Positions 18,513 to 28,042 of a stretch of DNA of 64,000 nt are shown in pieces. A program made the translations under genes and the position numbers. The notes beneath the pieces are model-generated. The model ran no database searches and had not been told where the DNA came from. It saw only the letters and a list, made by a program, of their open reading frames with translations. Origin of the DNA: Candidatus Altiarchaeota archaeon (lineage in GTDB: Archaea; Altiarchaeota; Altiarchaeia; IMC4; SCGC-AAA252-I15); NCBI GenBank assembly GCA_043800705.1, contig JAZDMS010000010.1, positions 96,001-160,000 of the forward strand, read 5' to 3'. How positions within the stretch are numbered: the first letter of the stretch is position 1; the number at the start of each line of letters is the position of its first letter.

Positions 18513-18998
18513 CTAATGCGTCACCAACCTGCAGGATTCCGTGGATCCGGAGTACAGTCTCACGGCCCCGCCCTCCAGATCGCCCTGGTCCTCGGTGTAA
18601 TACAGGGCGTATTCGACGTCGATTCTCCCGGCCGGATCCGAGTCGATGCTCCACATCTGCCCCCTCCTGCCGTCGGTCCAGTTGACCTCCCCCCACAGCA
18701 CCTCGCTCGCACGATACTGCCTGTTCAAGACGATGCAATGCGGCCTGTTGCTGATGTCCTGCTCGAGGCAGACCCACGCCGGAGAATTCGTCGGGGTCTC
18801 GGCGGTCTCTATGATCCTGAAGAAGAGGCTAAATCTGGCCTTCCCCTCATCGGGGTACCTGTCGTAAGAGCATGAGACGAGGTCAGTCCTGAAGGCCGGA
18901 GCATCAGGCAGAGGCGAAAACGCAACCTCTTCGACGTCGCCCTGCTGCAGGCAACCGCATACCAGGGCAGCCAATGCCAAAAATGCAAGGAATCTCAT
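18513..18998 (-). CDS. Hypothetical lipoprotein
   Basis: MRFLAFLALAALVCGC lipobox-like signal. Confidence 0.7.
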   Translation of the reverse strand: MRFLAFLALAALVCGCLQQGDVEEVAFSPLPDAPAFRTDLVSCSYDRYPDEGKARFSLFFRIIETAETPTNSPAWVCLEQDISNRPHCIVLNRQYRASEVLWGEVNWTDGRRGQMWSIDSDPAGRIDVEYALYYTEDQGDLEGGAVRLYSGSTESCRLVTH

Positions 18999-19043
18999 CG
19001 ATACTACTTTAGCCGCGGGTATAAAAATAGCCCCGATAAAATA

Positions 19044-20027
19044 ATGAATCACATGGACACACGCCTGTCTGCCGCAATAGCGATAATGTTCCTCCTAACG
19101 GCACCCGCCTGCGCGGACCTGGGCGGGCTTCAGCCATTCGTGTTCTCTGCAGCAAAGTTCATCGTGCTCTCCGAAAAGACGGGGGAAGAGAAGTTCCGCG
19201 TGAACGAGACCCTGAAGGAGACCCTGAAGCAGACCCTGAAGTTCCAGACCCAAAAGAGAAAAGCAGCACAATACTCCCCCCTCGCATGGTACATGCCGGA
19301 GTCATGGGTCCCTGCCGCGGCCTCGGCCATCGGCGTATTCCTCATATCCCTCACGCACATGTCGATGTCCCTCGGCCAGGCCGTCGTCGAATCCCTGATA
19401 GCGGACCAGAAAAAGAAGAAGATAACCGTGAAGAAGACCGCCCTCAAGGTGGGCCTCATCAAGGTCAGGGAGGCACTGTCCGTCATAGCCGCCGCGGTCG
19501 TCCTCGGAGCAGCCATCAGCTGGACCTATGCCGGCCCAACGTATGAATTCATCTGGCTCATGGTATTGAGCACCGTCGTCTGCCTCATAGCGGGGATATC
19601 CCATGAGGCGGTCCACAGGATCGCCGGCAAGGCGCTCGGCATCTCCGCGGAATACACGTTCTGGTTCACAGGCTCCTTCCTCACCATCGTCACCGCCCTG
19701 TTGGGCAACGCATTCGGCCTACAGGGGATGCTCGTGGAGCAAATAAAGGGAGACGTCTCCCCCAGGAGGCTCGGCCTAATGAAACTGGCCGGCCCAGTCT
19801 TCAGCATCGTCGTGATGGGATTCTTCGTCGGATTGAACTTCGTACGCCCGAGCGTCATATTCCAGATCGCGTTCTCCATATCGGGGATGATCGCGATGGC
19901 CGAGATACTGCCCTTCAAACCGATGGACGGCTACGACGTCAGGAAATGGAGCTTCCTCATCTGGCTGCTGTCATTCATCGTCATCGGGTTGATGTTCAGC
20001 CTCGTAAACTTCATCCTGATGGTCTGA
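19044..20027 (+). CDS. Site-2 protease / peptidase M50-like membrane metalloprotease
   Basis: Multi-TM; ISHEAVH (HExxH), LAGP, EILPFKPMDG (NxxPxxPLDG-like). Confidence 0.75.
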   Translation: MNHMDTRLSAAIAIMFLLTAPACADLGGLQPFVFSAAKFIVLSEKTGEEKFRVNETLKETLKQTLKFQTQKRKAAQYSPLAWYMPESWVPAAASAIGVFLISLTHMSMSLGQAVVESLIADQKKKKITVKKTALKVGLIKVREALSVIAAAVVLGAAISWTYAGPTYEFIWLMVLSTVVCLIAGISHEAVHRIAGKALGISAEYTFWFTGSFLTIVTALLGNAFGLQGMLVEQIKGDVSPRRLGLMKLAGPVFSIVVMGFFVGLNFVRPSVIFQIAFSISGMIAMAEILPFKPMDGYDVRKWSFLIWLLSFIVIGLMFSLVNFILMV

Positions 20028-20636
20028 TCAGCCCAACGCATACCTGTCCAGCTTGGAATCATACTGGTAATCGTATGCCCCCTGCCCCGGATTGAACGTC
20101 CTCTTCTGCGGAGTGAAAATGCCCTCCGGCAGAGTGGCCGGGCGGCAGACGACATCCTTCGCATTGACGAGGTCGATATACTCGGTGGGCACGGCGACGG
20201 TCCTGTTGGCCTTGACCTCCGCCTTCTCGATGTGCTCCCTGAGCCCCTTTATCTGGGATATCATGTATTTGTCGCCCGGGCCCGGCTGGCTATCGGCCCA
20301 TACGTAAACGTAGACCCCGTCGTTGATGACGTGCGTCTCGCCCGCCCTGCCGGCAACCGTAACGGCATGGTATCTCCCCCCCTCGGACCACATCTGCGTC
20401 CTAGTGACCTGCCCGATCCTCGCCTGGTTGGAGAAGTTGCAAAGATACGGGCTCCACATGAACAGGGCTTCGCCGACGCTGTGCAGCTCGAAAACGGTCT
20501 GGTTCGTCACGTTTTTCAATATCTTGACCGAATTATTAGCTGGCTTTATCACGACTGGTTTCGCCTCCTCGGACCCGGGAACGCACATGCAGCCGCAGAC
20601 CAGGGCTGCCAGCGTTAACGCCAAAGCAAATCTCAT
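20028..20636 (-). CDS. Hypothetical lipoprotein
   Basis: MRFALALTLAALVCGCMC signal; N-glycosylation sequons NNS, NVT, NQT, NFS. Confidence 0.72.
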   Translation of the reverse strand: MRFALALTLAALVCGCMCVPGSEEAKPVVIKPANNSVKILKNVTNQTVFELHSVGEALFMWSPYLCNFSNQARIGQVTRTQMWSEGGRYHAVTVAGRAGETHVINDGVYVYVWADSQPGPGDKYMISQIKGLREHIEKAEVKANRTVAVPTEYIDLVNAKDVVCRPATLPEGIFTPQKRTFNPGQGAYDYQYDSKLDRYALG

Positions 20637-20665
20637 GCCGATAAAGTATGTCCGCCCGCCCTTAA

Positions 20666-22048
20666 ATGGCAGTCATATTTTACTCCCCGTTCTCATTCCC
20701 TAACGTGAGAGTCTACGACGTCGTCCACGGCTACCAGCCGTTCACCAGGGAACTGGTATCGGACTGGGTGGCGCCGAACCTTCAGAAGATATTCCTGCCG
20801 ACATCCAAAGCAATGGCGGAAGGCCTCGTCAGAAGAAGCGTGCAACTGCAGGGCTGGACAATAGACGCCTGGCTCTCGGCGCCGAAGGAGATAAGCTCCC
20901 CTGCCGCAACCGTGCTGTCCAACCTCCGCTGCGCCAAGAAGAAAAACAACATAGAATTCGGCTTCAGCTCATACGGCCACGCCCTCCTGCCCCTTTTGGG
21001 AGAGCGCCTGACCTACGCATCCATGCTCGCGGACTACGAAACCGTCAAAACCCGCCTGGCAGAGCCGACATTCTTCTGGTTCCCCGAGAACGCAGTCGAC
21101 GCCACCCGCCTACGGATACTCCATGAGAGATTCACCGGAAAAATCGCGGTCATACCCTCCGGCTCCGTTGGCGGGATGAAAACCGCGTTCCTGAAGCTCA
21201 CAGGCCTAGGAGCCCCCAGAAAGGCCAAACCAGGCTCCCGCGTGCCGAGCCACTACGGCTGCGAGTCGCCGCTGAAGGAGGGTGTCGGGCCAGATTCGAT
21301 GCCGGCCGCGCTCGCCAACACGCTCGTAAAGGACGTCCTCATGAACTCGACAGTGTACGAGAAGCCGGGATACGTCCCCCCGGCCCTGGACTGGGGGAAG
21401 GCGAAAAAATCCATGCGGGACGGAAAAGAACTCTCACATACCCTCTCAGTCCTCGACCCCGGTCAAGAACACCTCATCGTCCGCGACTGGGAGAACGGCG
21501 AAAGCAGGGACTCCCTCAGGCATATCGGAGACAAAGCCGACGTCTCCGCAATGATGGACCCTGATGTCGAATACCGCCTCCTCTCAGAGGCCGAATACGC
21601 CGGCCCATTCAGCATCAAGGACGTACGCCCCTCATGCTGGGAGCCGTATTCGACTCCCGCAAATCCGTACCCCTACTGGGCGCCGACGAACATGGACGGC
21701 TGGAAGACGAAAGCAAAAGACTACTGGCTCGAAATACTCTCCATCTACGAGCGCGGATTCGACGCAGCCGTCGGCGAAGGAGGCCTCGACTCCGTCGATG
21801 ACGCCTTCAGGAACAAAGGATTCAACGCCCTCTTCAAGAGGACCTCCCCAGCACTACTATCATGCCTCCCATGGCACCTGTTCGCCCGCCCAGAATGGGA
21901 GAGGTTCCCCGAATTCCCCCGGCAGCTTCTAGAAAAAATCGTCCTGCCTTACACGACCGAGATGTTAGCTTATGCAGGGCAGGAAAGGGAAGTGGATTGG
22001 CTAATAAAGACAGTCAAAAACTTCATAAATACAATCTCTCTGAAGTAG
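20666..22048 (+). CDS. Glycoside hydrolase family 57-like protein, divergent
   Basis: HGYQP, SYGHALLPLL, FWFPENA (nucleophile Glu), VRDWENG. Confidence 0.7.
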   Translation: MAVIFYSPFSFPNVRVYDVVHGYQPFTRELVSDWVAPNLQKIFLPTSKAMAEGLVRRSVQLQGWTIDAWLSAPKEISSPAATVLSNLRCAKKKNNIEFGFSSYGHALLPLLGERLTYASMLADYETVKTRLAEPTFFWFPENAVDATRLRILHERFTGKIAVIPSGSVGGMKTAFLKLTGLGAPRKAKPGSRVPSHYGCESPLKEGVGPDSMPAALANTLVKDVLMNSTVYEKPGYVPPALDWGKAKKSMRDGKELSHTLSVLDPGQEHLIVRDWENGESRDSLRHIGDKADVSAMMDPDVEYRLLSEAEYAGPFSIKDVRPSCWEPYSTPANPYPYWAPTNMDGWKTKAKDYWLEILSIYERGFDAAVGEGGLDSVDDAFRNKGFNALFKRTSPALLSCLPWHLFARPEWERFPEFPRQLLEKIVLPYTTEMLAYAGQEREVDWLIKTVKNFINTISLK

Positions 22049-22053
22049 GTATC

Positions 22054-22179
22054 ATGAAAATCTCCAAAACCCTCAAGGCAGAACTTGAAAAATCTCGTGG
22101 TGAAATCCGAGCCGGCAATTTCTACACCCTTGAAGAAGTCAAATCAGCGTTGAAAATATCCTGGAAGGATCACCTATAA
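22054..22179 (+). CDS. Short orphan antitoxin-like peptide (41 aa)
   Basis: MKISKTLKAELEKSRGEIRAGNFYTLEEVKSALKI resembles the C-terminal toxin-binding part of archaeal RelB-type antitoxins. Confidence 0.5.
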   Translation: MKISKTLKAELEKSRGEIRAGNFYTLEEVKSALKISWKDHL

Positions 22180-22430
22180 CCCTTATACCATCTCTCATAC
22201 TCCTTGTGGTCTGTGAAACACTGTACTATGCGTACCTTCTCATCCTCGCATTCAAAGACGATCCCGGCCTGTTTGGTCACTTCGTCTACGTGGTACGGGA
22301 TACCGTATTTCATATGCCTTCTAGGCGGCATTTCCAGTATCTTCTCGAAATGTTTCAGGAATATCGGCTTCATGCTTGGCGGCAACTTCTCCAGCTGTCT
22401 CTTGGCATTGTCGGAGAAAAGAAGTTCCAT
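22170..22430 (-). CDS. RelE/ParE-superfamily toxin
   Basis: MELLFSDNAKRQLEKL N-terminus, C-terminal DHKEYERWY; directly downstream of an RHH antitoxin. Confidence 0.7.
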   Translation of the reverse strand: MELLFSDNAKRQLEKLPPSMKPIFLKHFEKILEMPPRRHMKYGIPYHVDEVTKQAGIVFECEDEKVRIVQCFTDHKEYERWYKGYR

Positions 22431-22432
22431 CT

Positions 22433-22669
22433 TCAATCCTTAAGGATCTTCCTAATCTCCTCGAAACCGTGGGTTCTCACCCTGCCTGACTTCATCTCGG
22501 CAACTTCAAACTCCACAGCCTTATGGACCAGCATCATCTCCTCCTCCTCGAGCATCCTCTCATAGGCTGAGATAGCCTGTCTTATGACTTCCGTCTGATT
22601 GCCTGCATACCCCTTCTCGATAATCCTATTGATACTGGTCTCATAGGGTATGCCAAGATTAACATTCAT
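22433..22669 (-). CDS. Ribbon-helix-helix antitoxin (ParD/CopG-like)
   Basis: MNVNLG...IIEKGYAGNQTEVIRQAI; acidic C-terminus. Confidence 0.75.
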   Translation of the reverse strand: MNVNLGIPYETSINRIIEKGYAGNQTEVIRQAISAYERMLEEEEMMLVHKAVEFEVAEMKSGRVRTHGFEEIRKILKD

Positions 22670-22673
22670 GTTA

Positions 22674-22692
22674 ACTAGATGTGCATTCTAGT
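22674..22692. promoter_or_regulatory. Palindromic candidate operator of the toxin-antitoxin operon
   Basis: ACTAGA-tgtgcat-TCTAGT between the TATA-like element and the antitoxin start. Confidence 0.45.
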
Positions 22693-22720
22693 ATATAACT
22701 AATGTACCTTAGATATTATA

Positions 22721-23755
22721 TTAAATATTCACTAGATTAGCATAGTCGTGGTGTATCAACTGGTCAGTCTCTCCTAATGGAAACAGCTTCACGACCGGCT
22801 CGTCGCTGAGGAGGCAGTTCTTCTTGTAGACCTCCATGAGGCTGTCGTGGCTCTTCTTGAAGCTCGAATAGTCGGGGTATACTGATAACATCACCGACTC
22901 CAGGTCCCCGGACACCTTCAGCACATGGGCCGGGTCTTCGAGGACCGAATCCGTATGCTTCAGCCTGTCCTGGATGCCATGGTGCGGGCTTATATGCAGG
23001 TGCGTGAACGCCAACAGCCCGAAACCCAATTTCCCCACATCCGGGATGTTGACAGGCCTCAGAAGCCTCCCGTCCAGGAACTTGTTCCTCAAACCGTTCA
23101 CCGTCTGCCTGCTGACCCCCGCCGCATCCGCCACAACCTCATCCGAGGCCGAAGGATGCCCCACCAAAGCCGCAAAGACCTTCAGCTCCCTGCTGGTCGG
23201 CTTCCACTCATCCCCCTCCCTTGCTTTAGCCTTCTCGGCCGTGTGCTCGAGGCCCAGATGATTCGCCAGAAGAGGCGCATAGTCGAAGAACCTGGGGATG
23301 TTCGTAAGGCTCAGCGGGAAGAAGACATAGTTGTGCCTCTTGTCCGTCAGGTATCCGCTGTCGTGGTGGACCTTATGGTGGGCTCCGATGCTCTCCCTCA
23401 CCTTCGTCAGATTCTCGGCCGCACCGAAGCTCAGATGTTGGCCGCCGCAGCGCACCATATAGAACGCATTAGAGACGCCGTCCCTGACGACCTTCCTGAA
23501 CGCCGCCAGATCATGCGAAGCCGCCCCCCCGAACTCCCCATACAAGGCCGTAAAAAGCTCACAGCCGACGCGGCCGAAATCCGGGACGAGGACGTGGTGT
23601 ACGAGGCCGTTCTTCTCCAGCCGCTGCCTGACGACGGTCACCGTAGTACGCACAACACCCAGCCTATCGGACAACTCGACATCGTTCAAACCCGGCCACC
23701 GAACCAGGCCATACAGGACCTCCCGCTCACGGGAAGTCAAATCCCCCGAACCCAC
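22721..23755 (-). CDS. Transcriptional regulator with two tandem Lrp/AsnC-like HTH modules
   Basis: LTSREREVLYGLV...VELSDRLGVVRTTVTVVRQRLEKNGLV...PDFGRVG and PTSRELKVFAALV...VADAAGVSRQTVNGLRNKF...PDVGKLG; GTG start assumed. Confidence 0.75.
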   Translation of the reverse strand: MGSGDLTSREREVLYGLVRWPGLNDVELSDRLGVVRTTVTVVRQRLEKNGLVHHVLVPDFGRVGCELFTALYGEFGGAASHDLAAFRKVVRDGVSNAFYMVRCGGQHLSFGAAENLTKVRESIGAHHKVHHDSGYLTDKRHNYVFFPLSLTNIPRFFDYAPLLANHLGLEHTAEKAKAREGDEWKPTSRELKVFAALVGHPSASDEVVADAAGVSRQTVNGLRNKFLDGRLLRPVNIPDVGKLGFGLLAFTHLHISPHHGIQDRLKHTDSVLEDPAHVLKVSGDLESVMLSVYPDYSSFKKSHDSLMEVYKKNCLLSDEPVVKLFPLGETDQLIHHDYANLVNI

Positions 23756-23810
23756 AAAGACATAATTACAAACAGAGATATAAAAAGGGGACAAAAAGAC
23801 AAAAAAGCCG
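23613..23810. repeat. Direct repeat, copy 1 (5' end and upstream region of the double-HTH regulator)
   Basis: 87 bp identical core at 23685-23771 matches 27972-28058; diverged similarity on both flanks. Confidence 0.9.
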
Positions 23811-23863
23811 AATAGCGGAAAACCATCCGCTTCTGACAGAGGGAGCCACCGCCCCCGTATGTA

Positions 23864-23905
23864 TTTAAATATGCATTCACTAAATGAATTATTCACTTGG
23901 TGAAT
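23864..23905 (+). promoter_or_regulatory. TATA box plus two tandem ATTCA-N5-TGAAT palindromic boxes
   Basis: TTTAAATA at 23864-23871; boxes at 23875-23889 and 23891-23905 directly before the ATPase ATG. Confidence 0.6.
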
Positions 23906-23907
23906 GT

Positions 23908-25281
23908 ATGATGTTCATCGGCCGGGAAAGCGAGCTGAAGCAGCTTGGAGAACTGGAGCACTTATCAAAGAAGAAGCATTTCATTGTCGTCCTGTACGGC
24001 TTGAGAAGAGTGGGGAAGACGAGGCTTTTGCTCGAATTCGTGAAAAATCGGGGTTCATACTTTTTCGTGAACAAGAACAAGACTTCGGCGGATCTACTGA
24101 ACGAGTTCCAGAACATTCTGAAGGATGACAAAACCCTCAGCGAATTGGAGGATCTACGCACATGGGATGATTTTTTCAAGGTTATAATGGCGCGTAAAAC
24201 CACCCCCGTCATTTTCGACGAATTCCAAAACTTCGCCTACGTCGAGCCCGCAGTATTCGGAATAGTGCAAAAGAACGCCGACCTGCACGAAGACCGCCCC
24301 GGCATGATGCTCTTGTCAGGCTCGCTCATCGGCCTGATGAAAAAGCTCTTCCGGGACTCTGGAGAGCCGCTATACGGAAGAATCAAGAAGGGGCTGAAAA
24401 TCGATCCATTGAACCTGGCATCCTGTCTGGAGTTCGGGACGGAACTGGACATATCCAAAGAAGACGCCGCCAAACTATACTGCGTATTCGGAGGCTACCC
24501 AAAATATTATGTCGCCGTGGAGGATTTCGGCCTGAACGGCAGGAGTGCCGATGAAATAATCGACTCGCTGCTATTATCCGCCGACGCCCCACTCGAGGAC
24601 GAAGTCAACATCATACTCTCTCAGGAGTTCGGCGGCAGAAGCGGCGTATACTACTCCATCCTGGAGGCGATAGCCAGCGGCAACAACACCCTATCCTCCA
24701 TCGCCGGCTACCTTAATGCGACGCCAACATCGCTGACCCGCCAAATCAAGGAACTGAAGGACTACTTCGAACTGATAGAACTAGAAATGCCATACGAAGG
24801 AAAACGCGGCATCTACAGGATAAAACACCCCCTCATATATTTCTGGTTCTCGCAGATATACAAGAACTACTCCGAATACGTCTCCAGACGGCCGAAGCTC
24901 ATGGATAAGCTAAGACGCAACCTTGACGGAGCATACGGGCACATGTTCGAGAGAACTGCAAGCGAATTCCTTGCCTACAAAATCGGATTGACAGAGGCGA
25001 GACGACAGTGGGGGAAGATACCCGGCGCCAAAAAAGGCGAAAACACCTACGAAATAGACCTAATCGGAAGAAGCGGAGAAACAACATACCTATTTGAGTT
25101 CAAATGGGCTGAAGTAGGCTTCGGCGAAGCAAAGCGGATAATACAAAAACTACAGCAGAACTCAAAACACATCCCCTCCCTGAAAGGGGAAATAAAATAC
25201 GGAATCGTCGCCAAAAAAATACTGCAAAAAAACACACTACAAGCAGCCGGCCACGCAGCATACGACATACGCGACTTCTGA
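23908..25281 (+). CDS. Archaeal AAA-type ATPase (ATPase_2 / wHTH / DUF234, C-terminal PD-(D/E)xK-like domain)
   Basis: FIGRESEL, YGLRRVGKT Walker A, IFDEFQ Walker B, PLYGR, GGYPKY, EIDL...FEFKW. Confidence 0.9.
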   Translation: MMFIGRESELKQLGELEHLSKKKHFIVVLYGLRRVGKTRLLLEFVKNRGSYFFVNKNKTSADLLNEFQNILKDDKTLSELEDLRTWDDFFKVIMARKTTPVIFDEFQNFAYVEPAVFGIVQKNADLHEDRPGMMLLSGSLIGLMKKLFRDSGEPLYGRIKKGLKIDPLNLASCLEFGTELDISKEDAAKLYCVFGGYPKYYVAVEDFGLNGRSADEIIDSLLLSADAPLEDEVNIILSQEFGGRSGVYYSILEAIASGNNTLSSIAGYLNATPTSLTRQIKELKDYFELIELEMPYEGKRGIYRIKHPLIYFWFSQIYKNYSEYVSRRPKLMDKLRRNLDGAYGHMFERTASEFLAYKIGLTEARRQWGKIPGAKKGENTYEIDLIGRSGETTYLFEFKWAEVGFGEAKRIIQKLQQNSKHIPSLKGEIKYGIVAKKILQKNTLQAAGHAAYDIRDF

Positions 25282-25313
25282 AAAAACTTTTCCGAACCAT
25301 ATGTATCTCGTTA

Positions 25314-26762
25314 TCACAGTTTTTTATTTGCCTCCGCTACGCTGAAGTGTTCTGGGTCGTATTCTTCCCCAAGCCATTCCACGATGCTCTCCTCGTATTG
25401 GGGGTGGTTCCTGTTTTTCCGGATCTCCATGAGTTCTATATATCCCCAGACGCTGCCGCAGTCCTCCGGCGGACAGGCCCTCTCCCCTGCAATGCAGACT
25501 GGGGACTTCTGGGGGCCTTTTTCCATGATTTTTTCGACAGACAGGGTGTGCTGCCAGTTGTCGCCGAAATCGTATGTGTAGCTGAATTTTTGCCCCGCTT
25601 CCCGAATCAGCTCATTCAGCCTCTTCTTCGGAGAGGCTGCCTTACTCCCTCCCTGAAAGGCTTTGAACATTCCGTCAACGCATAGGATCTCTTCCTCCCC
25701 TTCGATGTACGTGCCGTCAACCTGGAAACTGTAGAGATGGTAATTATCCCAGCCCATCACTGCCTGGATGACTTCGTGAAGCCTCTTGAAGGAGATAGAG
25801 TCTTCGACTATGAACCTCCGCCAAACAGGCGGTTTCAGGCCGTCAAGCATGATCTTCAGCTGAAGCATTCTCGGCTTCGCGACGGCATCTGTCGATATTT
25901 TTCCGCAACACTTTTTGTATTTGACTCCCGACCCGCAGGGACACGGATCGTTTCGGCCCACCTTCGGCGGCTTCTTAGTAGCTGGCAGGGGCTTCAAGAG
26001 GTCTATTTTCCTCTTAGGCGGACCCGAATAGCTTTGATTTACTCCGTCCAGGTACTGCAGACTCTGATGCGAAAAATGCCCCCAAAGATCTTTCGTGCAG
26101 TGAGTGTATGCTTTGAGCCTGCTTGTGCCAGCATGGAGTTCCATCAGATCCTCCCTCGTCAACATCCTTTTCGCCTCATTGCTGCACTTGTGGAACGTCC
26201 TCAATCCGTCGAAAAGCTCCTCCTCCTGCACTTCCGCCATTTCAGGAATGCATAGTGCCACTAACTCTTCATCTTTTTCAGCCGCCAAGAACCGCTTGCA
26301 TTCTGCCGCGACATCCTCTTCCGTCTTTTTCCCCGTTGCCGCAAATGCACACAGCGCCGACATAGCAGCCGACCTCACGAACATATCAAGAGACGTGTCA
26401 AACGCCATCGCCTTAATTTTATCAAAGAAATCCGGCCCAAAATTATATAACACGGCTTGGAGGTCCTCTGTGATATAGTCGCCCAACTCCTCCACACGGT
26501 TCCGAACAGCATACTCTAACGTCTCAAAAGATTTTCCGCCGCCCTTCAACCCCAGGATGAAAAAAACATGATACGGGCTCCAAGCATCACCCGGCCATCC
26601 ATGATCCCAGTAACGATCTTCGCGCATAATCTCCGACAATGCCGCATGGACATCCCCCCTTTTTACTATCTCCTCCACGAGGCCTTTTTCCACATAGAGG
26701 CCGGATTCCACGAACTTCTCCATCAGCTCATCCGCTGGGCCGATTTTGGCGCGCTTCGTCAT
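25314..26762 (-). CDS. Fusion protein: helical (DUF1186-like) domain + SEC-C motif + plasmid pRiA4b ORF-3 domain
   Basis: [21 protein letters not shown]; [42 protein letters not shown]; start trimmed to MTKRAK (ATGA overlap). Confidence 0.82.
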   Translation of the reverse strand: MTKRAKIGPADELMEKFVESGLYVEKGLVEEIVKRGDVHAALSEIMREDRYWDHGWPGDAWSPYHVFFILGLKGGGKSFETLEYAVRNRVEELGDYITEDLQAVLYNFGPDFFDKIKAMAFDTSLDMFVRSAAMSALCAFAATGKKTEEDVAAECKRFLAAEKDEELVALCIPEMAEVQEEELFDGLRTFHKCSNEAKRMLTREDLMELHAGTSRLKAYTHCTKDLWGHFSHQSLQYLDGVNQSYSGPPKRKIDLLKPLPATKKPPKVGRNDPCPCGSGVKYKKCCGKISTDAVAKPRMLQLKIMLDGLKPPVWRRFIVEDSISFKRLHEVIQAVMGWDNYHLYSFQVDGTYIEGEEEILCVDGMFKAFQGGSKAASPKKRLNELIREAGQKFSYTYDFGDNWQHTLSVEKIMEKGPQKSPVCIAGERACPPEDCGSVWGYIELMEIRKNRNHPQYEESIVEWLGEEYDPEHFSVAEANKKL

Positions 26763-27406
26763 TTCCTCCGCCCCATTATTTCTTTGATTATTTTTATGTC
26801 GTGTTTTTTCTGTTCCGGCGTTCCATGCCTGACAATGAAATCCAGGTGTTTTTCCCAGTCTCCGGAGAACAGTGCCTCGTTCACCAGCCTTATCCCCCCC
26901 TCCAGCGTGTTCGGATCCCCCCTGAAACATCTTATCCGTTCCTCATCTACTCTGAGGCCTTCCTTCTTAAGCAGATGCTCGACTGCCTCTTCGCGGGCCC
27001 CGTCGACCGTTTTCCGGGCGCGTCTGACACTCTCCGGACCTGCTGCGTAGAGCATGAAGTCCAAGGCCGCCAACGCGCCCTGATAGTAGGCCTCCTCAGC
27101 CAGCTCCTTCTTGCTCATAGTCCTAAGTATCTCCTTGGGGGGCTTGTCGCCGGGGTAGACCTCATTCCTAATGTAGTCCGCCAAATATTCCGCCTCCGGC
27201 CGGCATTCCAAGATTTTGCGCTCTTCCCTAGAGCGCGCCCTTATCTCATCCTCGCCTTCGAATCCGTCGGCCATGACGGAGGTGCAGCACTCGCATATGT
27301 GCTTTCCGGCCTTAAGCATGGATTCCGGGCATTCCATATCCTCTCCGCATATCGAGCATTGACTGGTTTTCATCTCCTCTACCTTAACATCTCGCATATC
27401 CGACAT
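26759..27406 (-). CDS. Hypothetical protein with N-terminal zinc finger
   Basis: CSIC...CECC; translationally coupled to the downstream fusion gene. Confidence 0.65.
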   Translation of the reverse strand: MSDMRDVKVEEMKTSQCSICGEDMECPESMLKAGKHICECCTSVMADGFEGEDEIRARSREERKILECRPEAEYLADYIRNEVYPGDKPPKEILRTMSKKELAEEAYYQGALAALDFMLYAAGPESVRRARKTVDGAREEAVEHLLKKEGLRVDEERIRCFRGDPNTLEGGIRLVNEALFSGDWEKHLDFIVRHGTPEQKKHDIKIIKEIMGRRK

Positions 27407-27476
27407 TTTTGGAATGTCCGCGCCGTCGGGGCGCAGAACCCCGCCCCTCTAACAAGCTGAATATACCCCCTATGCG

Positions 27477-27635
27477 TCATCTCCGCCTCGCCAACACCGA
27501 GCCCATGCAACCTGTTCCAGCATCTACGGCCGTATTCTTCGCTTCAAGATTTATCCTGCCGCATCTTGCGCATCTGTTGCCGAAATACCAGTTCACCCGG
27601 TGTTCGAGTTTAACCGGTTTCTTCACATTCTTCAT
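27477..27635 (-). CDS. Small hypothetical protein (CxxC)
   Basis: MKNVKKPVKLEHRVNWYFGNRCARCG...; 52 aa. Confidence 0.3.
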   Translation of the reverse strand: MKNVKKPVKLEHRVNWYFGNRCARCGRINLEAKNTAVDAGTGCMGSVLARRR

Positions 27636-27899
27636 GTTTTCGCCGGATTTTTTTTCAGGGGACTTTGTCCCAATCTGGACGCCACTAAATTGTTCCGCAT
27701 AGCGGAAATAGGCGGGCTGCGGAGGCCTCATCCAGCATATACTCCGCTATTCCCTGAGGGATCCGGCCCCTATCTGAAAAACCCGGCCACTAACTGAATA
27801 ATCTTGAGAGTTCGCTAAAATAAAAACTAATATCGCATGCCCACACCCTCTCAGGCGGCGCTTGTGGCATCGTTTCAACGGAGAAATAACGACTTTGCT

Positions 27900-28042
27900 C
27901 CTCATCAGCCGCTGTCTAACGACAGACACCGTAGTGCCGACAACGCCCGACTGTCAAATAACTCAACATCATTCAAACCCGGCCACCGAACCAGGCCATA
28001 CAGGACCTCCCGCTCACGGGAAGTCAAATCCCCCGAACCCAC
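27900..28042 (-). pseudogene. 5' fragment of the double-HTH regulator gene
   Basis: Reads VGSGDLTSREREVLYGLVRWPGLNDVEL, then frameshifts to GVVGTTVSVVRQRL; same as the N-terminus of 22721-23755. Confidence 0.8.

Noticed and set aside
27715-27740. Hammerhead-like CTGGATGAG on the minus strand
   Set aside because: Does not match the CUGAxGA core, and no properly placed GAAA or three-stem junction was found
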